DNA of 61,540 nt, counting the filler, from Sphacelaria rigidula (taxonomy: Eukaryota), in NCBI GenBank assembly GCA_964200075.2. It is 4 parts of 4 records of this genome, joined end to end, with 100 filler letters (N's around TTAATTAATTAA, not from the genome) between each part and the next. Parts side by side here need not be neighbours in the genome. Positions count along the whole stretch, not along the records: positions 1 to 15,311 come from CAXNAA020001800.1; positions 15,412 to 30,722 come from CAXNAA020001801.1; 2 more parts are not named here. One strand, written 5' to 3'. This document shows positions 13,425-27,200 of the stretch, one piece after another (positions within the stretch are counted from its first letter, which is position 1; each line of letters starts with the position of its first letter). The notes beneath the pieces are model-generated. The model saw nothing but the letters and a program-made list of their open reading frames with translations. It had not been told where the DNA came from and searched no databases. The translations under genes and the position numbers were made by a program.

Positions 13425-14211
13425 GACTTTGCGGATGATCCCAGCTGATAATTTATACAATGACTGTTGTATGCAAAAATCGGCACGCATTAGTCGTTTT
13501 TCTTCTTTTGGCGCATCACTGGAATATCTCAAACTCTCGTCCTACAGTAGATATCCCAAACTCTTCGTCGAAGGGTCAAGGGATGCACTCGATCATCGTC
13601 TGTACCAACAGGGGCAATGTGTTAGATGAAGTCCCCAAATAGGATCTACTAGATTCTGGAAAAGTGAAGCTGAGTTTTCATGTATCGTGGCCCGTTTTCC
13701 GGTGTATCAGGGCTCTTGAGAAGGGAGCACCTTCAGGCACAAATCCTTCACCCCGGGAGAACAAGCGTCGGCGTCTGGTAGATTGCCCCGCGTAAACGGT
13801 AGTCACAAGACGGCATTCATAAGACTTCCTTACTTAGACGGGATCGATTGCGGCGGATCAATTGCGGTGGACGTTCCAGCAACTACTGAAAACACCAGAT
13901 CGCCCCGCCAACGGGTACATGAGACTATGTTTAGCTCTCTCATCATTCTGGCTCTGTTGCAACAATGTCAGTTTCGTGCAATAGTATCGTACTACGCGCT
14001 TGTGTTCAGGGCATCTCGTCGGTGATTTGATGGTTCAGCACCAACTTTGTCTTTCCGGATACTCTCCAAAACCGACTCATATTTTCCTTGCTCCGTCCTG
14101 GGCGCGATCTAAATGTCAAAGGTGTGGCGGTCACGGGTGCCCTCGCATGTCGACCGATATTGAACAGAAGCAAAAGAAGCCACCAGGGGCCACGGGCGGA
14201 AGAAAGCTTAA

Positions 14212-14997
14212 CCCACTGGAAACCCTCATCAAGGTAAAGACAGAAGGCAAGGACAAAAAGTAAAAACGATATCATGCGCTGTGAACGGCATTGGTGGCGA
14301 TACGGTTGGATATGCCGGCGTGTTCGATCTGCTGACAGGCCGATATTTTGATGCGTAGAATCGTAGACTCCGTTTCACTGCGTATTATCATGTCACGCTC
14401 TGCTTCGTCGCATGTGCCCCTGGCTCGACTCCAGCGTCGCTCCGATCCACCCTAATGGCATCCTTCTTGAAAGCGTTTTGGACGCACCCCCCACCAAAAT
14501 TTCCCTTCCGTGTTCCACACTTCAGAGCGCCTTCTCCAACGAAATTGAACCATGAAAGTTCATGTCATATTTACTTGAATATCGGCAATATCATTCGCAG
14601 CTCTGCGCAAAATATAGCCCCAGTCATGTTTGGCGCCGGGCTGCTCGGTCCCTGCGGATTTTTGTTATGTCGTACTGGTAGTCCCCCCCGCCTTCTTCCC
14701 GGCCGTTCTCGGAACGAAACTTCAGCCTCAAGGAATCACCATCCTATCACTCCTCCGGTAGTTAGGCACGCACGTTAGTAACGAGAAAGTGAGCTATGTG
14801 GCACTCTTGACGGAGATCGCTGCTAACCAACCCCCCGCGCACTTGTTTCGCGCCGTGTTCGACGATCCAGGTGTACACGGATAGTTCGGGGCAAAAAAAC
14901 GCGGCGAGACCAGACCGTCGTTACCCGTTTTTCACCGGACTCCCCCTCAAACCGTACTTCGACAGGTTCGTTCAAACATTTTAGGCGCCAGAGTGGG
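14212..14997. mobile_element. Possible piggyBac-like non-autonomous element
   Basis: TTAA|CCCACT at 14208-14217 and AGTGGG|TTAA at 14992-15001. TIR match is only ~6 bp. Confidence 0.3.
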
Positions 14998-15311
14998 TTA
15001 ATTTAGATCTTGTTGTCAGTTTGAGAGTGAAAGTGTTCCCGATTCAGCGGGTGAGCCACCCTGGCAGTCATAGGATTCGCGCGGTTGTCGGTGTTTCTCG
15101 GATCCACAACGTCGATTGTACCGTTTGGTTTCGCAGGGCTTCTCTTTTTCTCAGAAAGCCGTGCGTTTCCCCCACAATTGAGTAGTTGTTGCTCCGTTTC
15201 GTGTTCCCCCCCCCCCCTACCTCCTATGGTGAGACACCCATGAGGCAGTGTAAAAGCTGTGGCTGTCTCTGGAAGTGGCGATACCACAGAATAAAGCACC
15301 TCATTGTTGGC

Positions 15312-15411
15312 NNNNNNNNNNNNNNNNNNNNNNNNNNNNNNNNNNNNNNNNNNNNTTAATTAATTAANNNNNNNNNNNNNNNNNNNNNNNNNNNNNNNNN
15401 NNNNNNNNNNN
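15312..15411. other. Artificial contig linker
   Basis: N44-TTAATTAATTAA-N44; stops in all six frames. Confidence 0.97.
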
Positions 15412-15500
15412 AATGGTCTGATGACTATGGCATGCATGATCATGAGTACACCCCCCTCTCCTCTCCTTACCCTCCCCCGAGATTGAAAACGAACTTGCAC

Positions 15501-18500
15501 CTGAGAGGGTGTAGATATCCTGTGTGTCACGTCCTGGTCCATCATGACTATGCGTCCTCCCCGGGGACGTACAAACACCCCCGTGCCTGAGGGGGGATCG
15601 AGGAACAACGTCTCAGCGTCCCACTCACGAGCCCACTCGCCATCGAGGTACACCAACAGCGTGACGAACAAAGGTACACCACTTTCCCTAGCGGAGTGAC
15701 ACAATACGCGCGCGCCCGGGCGGCAGGGAAGAAGCGAAGTGGTGGGGGCGGGGTGTTTGGCAGAGTACATAATATTGATATCAGATTAATACAAAAATTC
15801 GCACAGCGGCCCGAGTAAAATCTTTGGGATGAATTATCAAACCCGACCTCTTGGTGAATGATGAGTGAACAATAACATAATATACTCAACAGGAGCGGGG
15901 GGGGGGCAGAGGGGGGGAGGGGGGAGGGGGGAGGGTGATCTTCAACACCAGGGGCATGAGTGCACAGACGATGATAGCCCAGACACGACACTGTAAACAC
16001 GGTGCACATACGACTGATTGCACTATGTGCACTCAGGTGCGAAACGATCTTCGATTCCTGCGTGGCTGTGACTTTAAACAACACATATACTGTTTCCCAA
16101 ACGGTGCAGGCGGAGCTATTTGTCCCCTTCTGCGGATGATGCGTGTGTAAATACGCGCAGCAAGGCTTCAAGGGTCGGCCACATCATCGCTGGTTCCAAT
16201 CACCAGATGTGTGATTTCTGAGGCCTATTTCTCTGGAAAGGAAGGGAAAAGTTGACCACGGATGAAAAGATCTGCACCCGAATTTTGCGCTCTTGCAGGC
16301 ACCTGGGGTGCAACGCTAAAAACAAACTCCAAGGAGTGATTCGTACGGTACAAATCAATGACTTCAACGAGTAAGTAATTTTCAGACGGCTCATTATTCG
16401 TTCAACCCTTGCAGGTTCGGGAGGGCCGTCGGTGAGAGGCACGGCAAAGCAGGAAGGAGCACGTACACCTATAACCCATACTGGGGATTCACGGTGCATG
16501 ATTTGGCGAAGGTTTTAGTTTTGTCCTGTTTTTTCATGAGACACCATCATTGAGCATGGCTTCCCTCAGGCTGCGCCCTTTGACAAGCCACTTTTTTCAA
16601 AACCTGTTGATCAAAAAGCATACACATGCGGCGAATGGCTGGTACTAACTGTAATGGTTCATCTGCCTGGAGAAAAAATCCTTCGTAAGTAGGGGGATTT
16701 GTGCTATGGGGGGCGACAACAAAACATGTCGACGAATAAACGACAAGAAAAGAAAAAAAGCAATCTCCTCCTCCCCCCCCCCCGACACACAGACACCCAA
16801 GGACACTACAGACAGGAAGATCCGAAAACCTGTTTGTGTAGGTCCCGAAGTGGTCACGCCAAGGAGATGGCGGCAATACGGCGGGGTCGGCGTCGACGTG
16901 CCAAGAGAACCGATCTCCGTACACTGGAGCGTTCGCCACCATGCGAGGTGTGCTAGCTCCCAAAACCGCCTCGGGCATGTGACAAATAGTAACATCAGGG
17001 TACAGCTTTTGTAGCCTGGACTGCACCTGGACGAGATAGTGGAGACAGGTTGTGCGGATACCGGGAGGAAATTAAACCAATGTATTCTTTGAGAAAGCTC
17101 CGCTAGAAAAAGATTAGAGTAGAAGGCGGCGGGGACGGGAGAGCATACCAATTCCATGCTGCCCCGAGGTCGTTCGCCATCTTATCACTAACATTAATTC
17201 AACACAAATTGAGGGATTTCTCGACGTATTTACGGCATTGAGTTCGTGCGTGATGAGAGAAGTTCTCCCCCCGTAAGGGAACATGATATCAGGGATTGGC
17301 GCCCGCTTGCCCCGTTGGCGAGCTTGTGAGGCCTCTCCCGACAAAAACAATGGCTGTTGACGCCACGTGACATAGGAGCACTCAGGACCAGCTCCCGTCA
17401 AGATCCATGTCACGATTGACAGGCACAGGTGCGCTCATGCGCTTCTTGCTCAATGAGCGATGAGCTCACAGTACGGTACGGTACGATACGGTACGTGTAC
17501 GCGCATGACGAGTGATCCATGAGAGAGAGTGGAGGGATATAATTTGAGCGTACGGACCACAAGGATCCGTGCATACGCCGTAGAAGCTAACACACGCGTT
17601 ATTCAATTTTTCATGAGGGTGAATAGTTTGTTGAGAACCGTGCACGCGTGTGCTGTATTCATAACTAGACCATTGAAATGGCAGTCTCTGGTCGCAGCGA
17701 CGACTGACTGAGAGGCTCCTTCGTGCAAACGTGGCTCCAAACACTCCCTGCCCAACCGTAGAATCACTTGTATGTACGTTAAAATATCTCTAGATGTATA
17801 TCTCTTTCACACATACCTCGACTAGCGCGGGATGCTCTCCCTCCTGACATAGCCACTCCATCGCTTCCTCTGTTAGCCCCCAACTGCCTCCTGTCCTACC
17901 ACCACGACCAGCTCTTCCGCCCACCGCGCCATCCACACCACCATCGCTATCACCATCATCATACTTCCCGTCGTCGCCTTCCTCGTCCCCACAGTCCACG
18001 TCTGACAGTCCACGTTCCCACTTCGACGTCGGCGGTAGATCCTTCCTGTGCACGGGTAGGATAGTTCAGAACCAGGAGGCATAGAAGGAAGGTTCTGAAC
18101 CAGGACTATTCTTCTTTGGCAGTCGAGGTCCCAAGGTGGGCTCTGGAACAACTTCAGCAAGCCCTAGACGAACTGTTTTACTCTACCTCTTCATGGCCAT
18201 CGCGCTGTCATCGATTTTTCCAACAAATGCCAGCGCAACGACTTCCAGTCGACCTTGATCGTTCGCGTGTATGCAAGGTACGGTTGTACACGGTAAAATA
18301 CACGCCTCCTTGTCGCCGTGCGGGGTTCAATTGCGCAGCAAAGATATTCCTCTAAATACTTTCGACTTGTATCGAATTATCATGAACACGCAGCGGAAAA
18401 CAACGGACGTGAAAGGAGTATCACTTTTTTTTCAAGATCCGTGACAAAAAATTCTACGAATTACTCCATATTTACCTCGTTGTGTCCCACTCAGGTTCCG

Positions 18501-20103
18501 TGACCAACTCGAGTAAGTCGCGGCACAGCGTCTCATCCACCACACCATCAATAACGACCACCTTTGATGACAGCAAATCCAAAGGGCACACGAAGGCCAA
18601 GGGAACGGCATGAAAGACGAAAACGCGGTGCGGTGGGAATTGGTGCGCGTGTGTGAACGACCTCGGCAGGGGGAGGCAGGCGATAATGAAGAACCACAAG
18701 ATTTTTGACAGAAGCAGATGTAGAGACACGACGGAGCAAGCGAGAGACCGAAGAAATAGCGGTAGCTAAGAGACAGCGACTCGTCTATTTGGCTGAACCC
18801 GGACTTGCCTGATCGTATGAATCGATGATAAAACCGCTTGCATTCACCCTGAAAAAGTGAAATGAATAGACGGAGTAACCACTCACTCACTACGCTGCCT
18901 ACGATAGCAACGGTTTAAATACCGGACCACAATCGCCAACGCACGTTGGCGGTGAAAGTGGTACATCACCACAATTCGTAAGCTCGACGGTGGGGTGCAA
19001 GGTTGATTCCCGAGGAGGAATAGTTTGCTCACTCAAGCTACGGACTTATACAGAGGAAGGCGCGGGTACGGAAAATGACAGAAAAACACGAGGAAGTATT
19101 TCACCTTGCTCGCGTCCCATCGCTTCCCTCCCGGAGATGCGGCGGACTCTACCCACGCCCCGTCGAGCTCTAAGTTCATGGCCACGTGCACATTCTGCCG
19201 TGATGGCATCCACTTCGTATCGTGTACGTGCACGGGCATCGCCAGCTGGTTCTCCCTATCATGGGGCAGGAGAGGTGTAAAAATCCTTTTAATTCCCGTG
19301 GTTTAGGACGCGGAGTACCAAGAAAGTGCTTTCATATCACCGGTCGCCCCGGTGGCTCAGTTGGTAACTTCGTAACCTTCTCACGGTTGGGCTGTGGATT
19401 CAAATCTCGGAGCGATGTGGGATTTTTTTTCTCACAACATGCGCAACAGTGAAAAGCGACTATGTCGTGAGTATACAAAAATTCGGCTTGACGGTCGACG
19501 AGGGAAAGGGAGTACTGAACCCGTCTCGCGATAGAAAGGAAAGGCAAGCACCGCAGAAGGAAGGTGGGGTACTAAAAAAACGAAAACAAACTCCTGTGTT
19601 GACCCTCTGGTCCCGGCTGGTGCGCCCACATATAACGAAAGTTGTAGACCGGCGTTCAGAATAGATGGGACGACAACAACTAAAAATACTGAATTCTTGT
19701 GTTGGCTACTACACTTACTAATAAAGGCGGTATGATCAACGCCATGAAAAAGACAGGGTACTGTATGAACGTACTTGGCGTTTTCTAAACTCCGGGGGGA
19801 GAAATATGACGAAGAAGTCTTCCTGCCAGTTACGGGCAATACGGAAAATATACGACCACAACACCGTATATATGAAACCAAGTGCTGTTTCGACTGGAGC
19901 AGTTCTACCATCAATGCCATTAAAATGCCAAACACTCGATGAACGTACTTCGCGTGGCGCCTCGCCTCCTTTCTCCACAAGTCCGGCAGAGCGGTGTCCA
20001 AGTAAGCAGGGTCGAAATTCTCCAAGAACTTCCCGAACAAGTGTTCTTCGTCGAAGGACACCCGGCTGGGCAGACGCAGGGGCGTTAGGATGTTGTCGGT
20101 CAA
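15501..20103 (-). CDS. 2OG-Fe(II) oxygenase (prolyl-4-hydroxylase-like), multi-exon; 3' end beyond contig edge, 5' end unresolved
   Basis: Phase-compatible GT-AG exons 19255-19105, 18561-18476, 18045-17817, 17026-16830 (FSWHVDAD = HxD), 15687-15501 (LFVTLLVYLDGEW...DAETLF...RPRGGRIVMMDQDVTHRI, distal His). Probable further exon at ~19950-20100. Confidence 0.85.
19339..19530 (+). mobile_element. tRNA-derived SINE-like element (intronic)
   Basis: ACCGGTCGCCCCGGTGGCTCAGTTGGTAA (A-box-like) and GGATTCAAATC (B-box-like). Related copy at 30655. Confidence 0.6.
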
Positions 20104-20810
20104 CGTTCAACAACACCAGCACGTTAACCTCCACAGCACAAGCCCGTCACAACACAGCCCGGGCCCGTCAGGCCACGAGGACGTCACACAAATGTGGATC
20201 ACCCCTGTCATTGGCTATTTCTCCTTCTTCTCAATTGTGGTACTGTACAATGACGGTGCAGCGCGCTCGTGTGCATCTCACACACTCAACATAGTTCGGA
20301 AAGCCGTTGCGGTTTGCCTTTTCGTTATAGAAGGGAGTGAAGAGACTTAAAACCAAACCCTTTCCGGGGACGATTTGCAGCACGTTGTGCACATGCGTGC
20401 CGGGTTTCGTTGGAGTCGGTGCATTGCTGTCGGCGAACCACCACCTTCTTGTTATTGTTTTTAGACATACCGGGATTCTGCTACTGTGAATTCGATCTTC
20501 AGGTGGATTTTTGGCGGGTGCAAGCATTCTCCTGATTGTATCCCCTCGTGACGGCAGCGGTGTTCCCCGTACTAGATGGAAGTCCGTAGTCAAGTCGAAG
20601 ATGGAGGAGAGCTAGCTGTGAGGGAGGATGCCACAAAGCTACGTAAGTCTGTCGGGCAACCGAAGGTCTGATTTCCTTGACCATGAATTCTGCACAGAAC
20701 TTTCAGCTGCAGCCATGCAAAATTCCCAGCAGGCAACCCACCTCTCTGTATGTTGCAACCGTATTCTGCCAAACTCCCAACACATACAACTATTCAGTGA
20801 CGTCATCGAA

Positions 20811-22517
20811 CATCATTCTCGTCCTCCACAGTGCCCCACGTCTCCAGATCGACAAAGGCTGCCCTGCCTGCTCTCAATCAAAATATTTGTTTCTTCTCGT
20901 CCCGAATCGTCCTTCTGAGGCAGGCAAAATTCCAAGACTCGGACATTTGGGGGGGCACCTGATCAAGATCCGTAGATTGAGAGGCGGAAGGCGACCTCGA
21001 AATGCGTCAACGCTACAAAATCAGGCAACAGAAATTACCCCTGTTATCCGTCAATTTCATCACCAATTTGTTGAAACTCGTACTTCAAAGCACCTACGCC
21101 TAAAGCGAATAGACTATGGGAAAATGAACAGACACAGCGGGCCTCGGGTAGGCTCTGTCCTCGGTTCGCCGGCGACAACGATCACACGTACAAAATATGT
21201 ATATCCGTAAATCCAATGTGTAACTGGTCTCGCATTCTTACCCTGTGTGTCGATCCTCACGATCGCGGCTATCTTGTTCTTCTGAGGTACAAAATGACAC
21301 TATGCTGCCGTTAGTTACGGGGCGAGGAAAGCGAAGGACCGCGGGTGGGACCGCCTCACAGGAGTCCAGCATTTCCATCAGCGGCAGTAGCAGCGGAGAG
21401 TCCTCCGGCTCCCCCTCCCCGTTGTTCGTGGCGGACAGGTGTCGGCTGTCGTCGTCACAATCGACAGGAGTGTCTGTTACAGCCGGGGCTGACAAAACAA
21501 GTAGCATCTTTGGCAGACGAAGAGCATTGATGTGCGTGCTGCCCCTACTTGCCGCGGAGCGGACGCTGGCGGCGCTGGCGATGGTTTGAGAAGGGGGTTC
21601 TTGGCTCAGTAGGACCTGCCCTTAAAAGCGCAGCGCAACAAAAAGGCGGTGGTCGGAGATGAGGATGGTGAGCCGATGGCGGATTCACTGAAGGATCATG
21701 GCAGAACACAGCACAGGTAGAACCGTGCGGTTAATGCCCGACAAAAATCATAGAAGTGCCGGATCTTATACTCCAGGAGTCGTGGAGGTCGATTGTCAGA
21801 AGATACAGATATACGAAGATCTGCGCACCGAAGGCGCATCATGAGCCGGTATCTTACGAACGACAGAGTAAGAGACACTGCGACCCTACTGTGTATTGCT
21901 ATCCCTCGCCCTTCTCCACTCGCCTCATTAAGTGTGGAGGCAATGCCATCGCCCGACTCGCTGACGATGCCCAAAACCACGCGCACTCCCGCAGAAAACA
22001 AGCTATTTGTCTCGTACGACGAGAGCGCTTCTTCGAGCGCGATCGCTTCTTCTAGCGTAAACCCCAAAGACACGACGATCGCACAGTGTTGACTGCTGGC
22101 AAAACCGGTCGTTTGCGGTTGCTCATCAGCATCCGTGTAGGTGTGTAGGCCGAACACGGGAGGAGGAAAATTTGAACCCGTTGTTTTGGTTTCTCGGCGC
22201 AACTCCTCCCCGGCAGCCTCGGTGGCCTGTAGTAGAATGCGCCTATTTCGACGTTGCCTCAATAACAATTGCTGGAGTCGCTTGTTTGTCGAGCTAGTAC
22301 CCCAGCGCTTTCCTGGGCAACAGCCCGACGAAACATGATCAGCAGAGCAAGCGACAGCGAAAACACCGCAGCGTCTTCGATCATGGCGGGCATGTTTACT
22401 TGTTCGAGCGACAGCAAGGGGCGATACCAACAAAAATCCCTCGGTCTGTCGGCTGCTACCAGCGGTGACGAACAACAGCCAGGATATAGCATGCGACCTA
22501 GAGGTCAAGTGCATCTT
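20811..22517 (-). CDS. Hypothetical protein, possibly plastid-targeted, ~3 exons
   Basis: Signal-like N-terminus (AISWLLFVTAGSSRQTEG-FLLVSPL) and long ORF to ~21890. Exon 21615-21242 has a CAG acceptor and GTAAGA donor. Candidate last exon 20958-20811 is in compatible phase. Confidence 0.45.
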
Positions 22518-23224
22518 CCTCTTGTCGCAACCAATCGTGAACAACCCCGCACCTCACACCACCCGAAACGTGATGGATATATATTTTGCCCTCAACTACT
22601 TACCGTCTAGCACCGATGTACAATGTAAAGTCATATTCCATTATTTCCCTCACATGTTGATCGCGTATCAACTCACGCTGCTCTACTCCACGCGATTGCT
22701 GTTGTATGCGAAAATAAAAGTCATGGATGATTTTTTATCCATTTTCCCAAGATCGTGTGGTTAGCGACAAGTCTCCTGCCACGTAACATCATGATACAAC
22801 TAGAAAAAGAACCAGTTCTGATTTCGGAGAAAATAATGGAGCATGACTTCAAAGTGTAAGTTGCCAGGTGGCAACCTGTGCTTGTTGAACGTCTTCAAGC
22901 TCATCACAGGCACAGACACTTCTGCCTGGGTGGATTGAGCCCCATCACCGACAGCACCGAGACCCTCCACGTTATCTCGAGTCTATCGCTAGTTCATCCG
23001 CAGCTGTGGGTTGTGCGTGGCTTTGTGAACGCATAGCAGCTGGCGTTGCATATCACGTCGGCACGATCACAGACACATACAAGCTGCAGCAGCGTGGGGC
23101 GTGGCTTCTGGGGGTGTCATAACGCTTGGGAGCTTACCGCCCACAATACTTTGTGCGTCCCCGCAATTTGTCGAGGAGAGGCCGCAGTATCAGCTAGGCA
23201 GAGGAGAAGGAGCTTGGGGGCATC

Positions 23225-26200
23225 ATGTCTTCGGGAGATGAATCCGCTGGGGCATTGGGGACCCTCTTTTTTTATGTGATGTTCGTGCACCCTGTTTGTT
23301 CGTGGATACTAGCACCCAAACGGTTTAAGAAAGAGAAGGGCATCATCTACGCCATCATATTCCTGGCCACCATCGCCCTGGGCAAGATGGTGAGCTGTGC
23401 CATGTGTATGCGAGGAGTTAGGGGGGGGGTGTGGGCGGGCGGATGGGCGGGCATGGGGCTATTGTGAGTAGGTGCCGCCTCATGGTGTGTTTGGAGTTCA
23501 AGGAAATCAAGTCTACAGTGCTTCTACCCACATGTGAAGCAACCTGCAAAGGTATTCTCACTGTGAGGTGCTGTCGTGTCCTCACTGGCATGCCTACTCC
23601 GGTACTGGAGTGTCCCCTTCGGAGCTGTTGATGCAGTACGTGCAGGCAACGTGTGGCGCACGTTACAGTGGTTGCCATTGAAGTGTACTGATGGAGTACT
23701 TGCGGAAGCGAGAATATTTGGGGGCATCATGCTTAGTTAAAAGCTGAGAAGAGAAGTCGCGAGAGAGAGTTGCGCGCACGATGGTACAGACTGTATCATA
23801 CAGCAGGCAGCAGGCGGCTGGCGTCGTGAACCCTGTCGGGCATATTTTAAGTTTCAGGCTTCACATCTGATTGAAGTGACGGTAGCGGCGTGTGAGCGAG
23901 CTCCCGCCGAACCCCACGTGGCGCACGTTTCTAGCCTTTTACGCAGAAATAGTAAGGCAGACAGAGCATTGCACATCGTGCTGTGTTTGTCGAGGGTTTC
24001 GAAGTAGAAACATGATGCTGTTCCAACTGACTTACACTCATGAGACCTGGAGAGGACGAGCAGGGTCAAACCCAGACGGCGGATTTCTGTTCCTTGGGAA
24101 GTTTTGACGGTCTCCGATCACATTCAGAGGAATGACCATACCCCTCAGCACTTACATTTGTTATCCATACGGCCATCGGGGCTACTCCTGGCGTCAGTCT
24201 AAAAACGCACCCTTTTCTTCGACACACCTCCATTCCTCCGCATTTCGCGCAAATACCAAGCCCACGTGTCCACCGTACTTTACCCGCTTGTACGAGAGCC
24301 TCACGGAGCTTCGCGGTAATCTTGGAAACGATGCGCCAACAGAGCTACGTTCCTCACCATCATGTGCGCGCCCTTCGGGCGTTTTCGGCGCGCCCACACT
24401 AGCCGTATGTACGCTTTGTCCACGACTGAAACTCACCAAACAGGTGCTTGGACTATCTCGAAGACAATGTACTTCAAACCTGAGAAATCAGCAGTCGCTT
24501 TCAGTAGTCGGGCGTTCGTCAAAGACACCAAGTGCGAAATGCAAACGTTTTCCTAACCAAGTGGCACCATCACGGAGCGGAATATGTGTTGTCTGGGTCT
24601 ACTCTCGGGTTCTTGTCAGGAGAAGAAATTCAACCGACGTGTGATCGAGGTAATGCTTTGTTCATTCGAGAGTCACACGATGAAACAAGCGATTGTTGGT
24701 AACAGAAATGAAATCCTTACCCCGATAATTTCGTGCACTGGATTCCTGAACGTGGGATGAGCGCAGTCCGATGAGTGGTTCGAAGTTCCTCTCGTGGGGC
24801 ATTGTCACAGGGTACGCAGACGTCTTGTGTTCCGTGGGAATTTTACAGGTCAGAGCGCGTACAAGGAGCGCACATCACAGTACCACTCACGACAAGAGGC
24901 TACCCATACCACCTGCAGTTCTTGCCCGCCCCCCTCGCCCTCTGCACCCTCCGAACCACATGTGCAGCACGGCATGCCCCTCCCATCATCTGCCCCAACC
25001 TTCACCACAAGCCTCAACGCGCCTCCGTCGCTTTCCCAAATGCTGCCTGCGCATATGCTTCGTGCATGATTATAGGCTTTAGAGAAGGCAGATCGAGGAC
25101 CGAATTACTACGAGGTATTGGGGGTGCGACGAGGAAGCACGGCGTTGGAGATCAAGCGAGCCTACCGGACGCTGTCGTTAGAGCTGCACCCTGATAAAAA
25201 TCCGTCCCAAGATGCGGCTGATCGATTCTCGAAGATGACTTTTGCGATGGAGGTGAGATCTGGCATAAACTCGTCGGATGTTACAATCCAAGAGTACTTG
25301 CAAGCCAACCGATGCTTAGTAGTTAGCATGGTGTACAACGGTGCCCACGTCGGACAGGTCATGGCCCGTCTGAAATAACTAATCTAACCAACAAAAAAGA
25401 AACCCGGATCCGTTGGTCCCAAAAAAAACACCACATATGTGACCCCCGAGTCGGAGAAGCCAAAGTGCAACCTTTGCGCTACTCGGCATGCCTCTACGTC
25501 CTGCGCTGTAGATGGTAAACATGGAAAAAAGAGGCCAAAAATCTGGATCATGACCCGGATCAGTACACCGAGAGGGGGTAATTTTCAGACGGATCATGAT
25601 CTATCCGGCGTGTGCATCGGTGTTTGCATCGTGTCAATGTTTTGTAGTTTATTTTCCATACTTTGATAAAGGGGGTGTACGTGAGAGGGCGTCAACGCCG
25701 GCGCGCTTTCGTGCATGCACACGGGCTACTGTACAGACACGTAGGGGTGAAGGGTAATGGGGGTTTGATGTGGGTCAACGTAACCATGGAACAAAGAGTT
25801 CGTATACGAAACGTCAGGATGGTGTGTTACCCCGCAAGAAAAATTAACAGGCCCGAAGGAAATAAAATGCGTCATTCTCTCTTTCGGGCTCCTGTGGCCT
25901 ATTTTCGGCTGCTCACCTCCCGACGCCGACCGCTGGATTTTTTTATCTTGTCCACAGGCTGGTCGCTTTCAGTAGACGACATGAATGAATCGGTACTGCT
26001 GCCTGGTCCATCTCCTAGCTTTGACCCCGTCAATATCGCCTGCGGTCTCCGAGAATCAGATGCGTCAATCTGGCTGATTTTTTGTTCCTGTCGCGTGTTC
26101 GGCCAGACTTTGATGGACGCTGAGAAAAGGGAGATCTATGACAAGCTAGGACCGGAGGCCGCGGCGTCGAAAACGCCCATCAACGAGAACACGATGTTGT

Positions 26201-26702
26201 TGGAGGTATGCGTGGATGATGCTTCGGGAATAAGAACAGGCATGGCGTTGTATAGCAGTGCAGCGCAGGGGCTGATGATGTAAGACCCACCCTTTGATGT
26301 TGAAGAATCAACCATCCATTGTCACGGTGCAGTTGTGTTTCTACTGACCTCTTGCAAGGGTAAGAAAATCCCCGGGAAATCACACCGAAGCACACATCAC
26401 ACCATATACTACCATGTGCTGGCTGCCTTCTCTATTTCCTATTTCCTGTTCTTTATACGCCCGATACGACTTTTGATGTGGCTAACGTTGTGCTGCATGT
26501 GCGCGTGCAGATGGCGGTTTGGTACTTGACATGGGGGGTGTTGGCCTACGTGATGACCCTGGGCAAGAGTAGCCAACAGGCTAGAGACTGGGTTTTCACG
26601 GGGCAGATCGTCATGCTTGCTGCGGAGATGGCCATAGTCACCACACCGGGGGGAGGAGGCGTACTGCCTTCCTGGCTGTTCCCGAGGATGGCAGAGTATG
26701 AG
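23225..26702 (+). CDS. Membrane-anchored DnaJ (J-domain) protein, multi-exon, 3' end unresolved
   Basis: Phase-0 exons 23225-23389 (two hydrophobic segments), 25076-25252 (NYYEVLGV...EIKRAYRTLSLELHPDKN), 26107-26205 (LMDAEKREIYDKLG), 26511-26702 (further TM segments). All GT-AG; HPD motif intact. Confidence 0.9.
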
Positions 26703-26795
26703 GTCAGTTTTTTTTTCTTCTCAAGGGTTTCACGCAGCAGACGTTCTTGTATGCCTTTTTTGCGCACAAAGAGCAGAAACAAACTTGCACAGGCA

Positions 26796-27200
26796 CCGAA
26801 GGTAAGGTAGGTACCCGGTACCTGTATTTGAGACATCTCATACCCTACCGATACCGGTCCAATCGGATACTTTCAAATGCCATACCCACGATACCTAAGA
26901 TACCACGGTATTTCGATATTTCAATATGTACCGTACCCGCTTGATCGGGTATTTTCAAAACTCATACCTACGATACGCACGATACCATGGTATTTCGAGA
27001 TTTCAACACCTCATGTACCCACCCAATCGGGTATTTTCAAATTCCGTACCCACGATACCTACGATACCACGGCATTTCGAGATTGCAGTACCTACCGTAC
27101 CCGCTCAATCGGGTATTTTCAAAACTCATACCTCGATACCTACGCACAACACGGTATCGGATACCTCGGTAAATACCAGGGGTATACCCAGTAATACCGG
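26796..27200 (+). repeat. Interspersed element with internal ~60-70-bp tandem units, copy 1
   Basis: GGTAAGGTAGGTACCCGGTAC start; repeated CAATCGGGTATTTTCAAAACTCATACC...CGATACC units. Confidence 0.8.

Noticed and set aside
19339-19410. tRNA gene
   Set aside because: A/B boxes are present but no convincing cloverleaf; a related copy elsewhere points to a SINE.
20060-20140. Apparent frameshift/stop at the start of the 2OG oxygenase gene
   Set aside because: A CTAAC branch site and CAG acceptor near 20066 could make this stretch intronic; cannot call a pseudogene.
20640-20770. Minus-strand HGCS*KFCAEF as a selenoprotein CxU motif
   Set aside because: No supporting exon structure, recognisable family or SECIS; probably chance.
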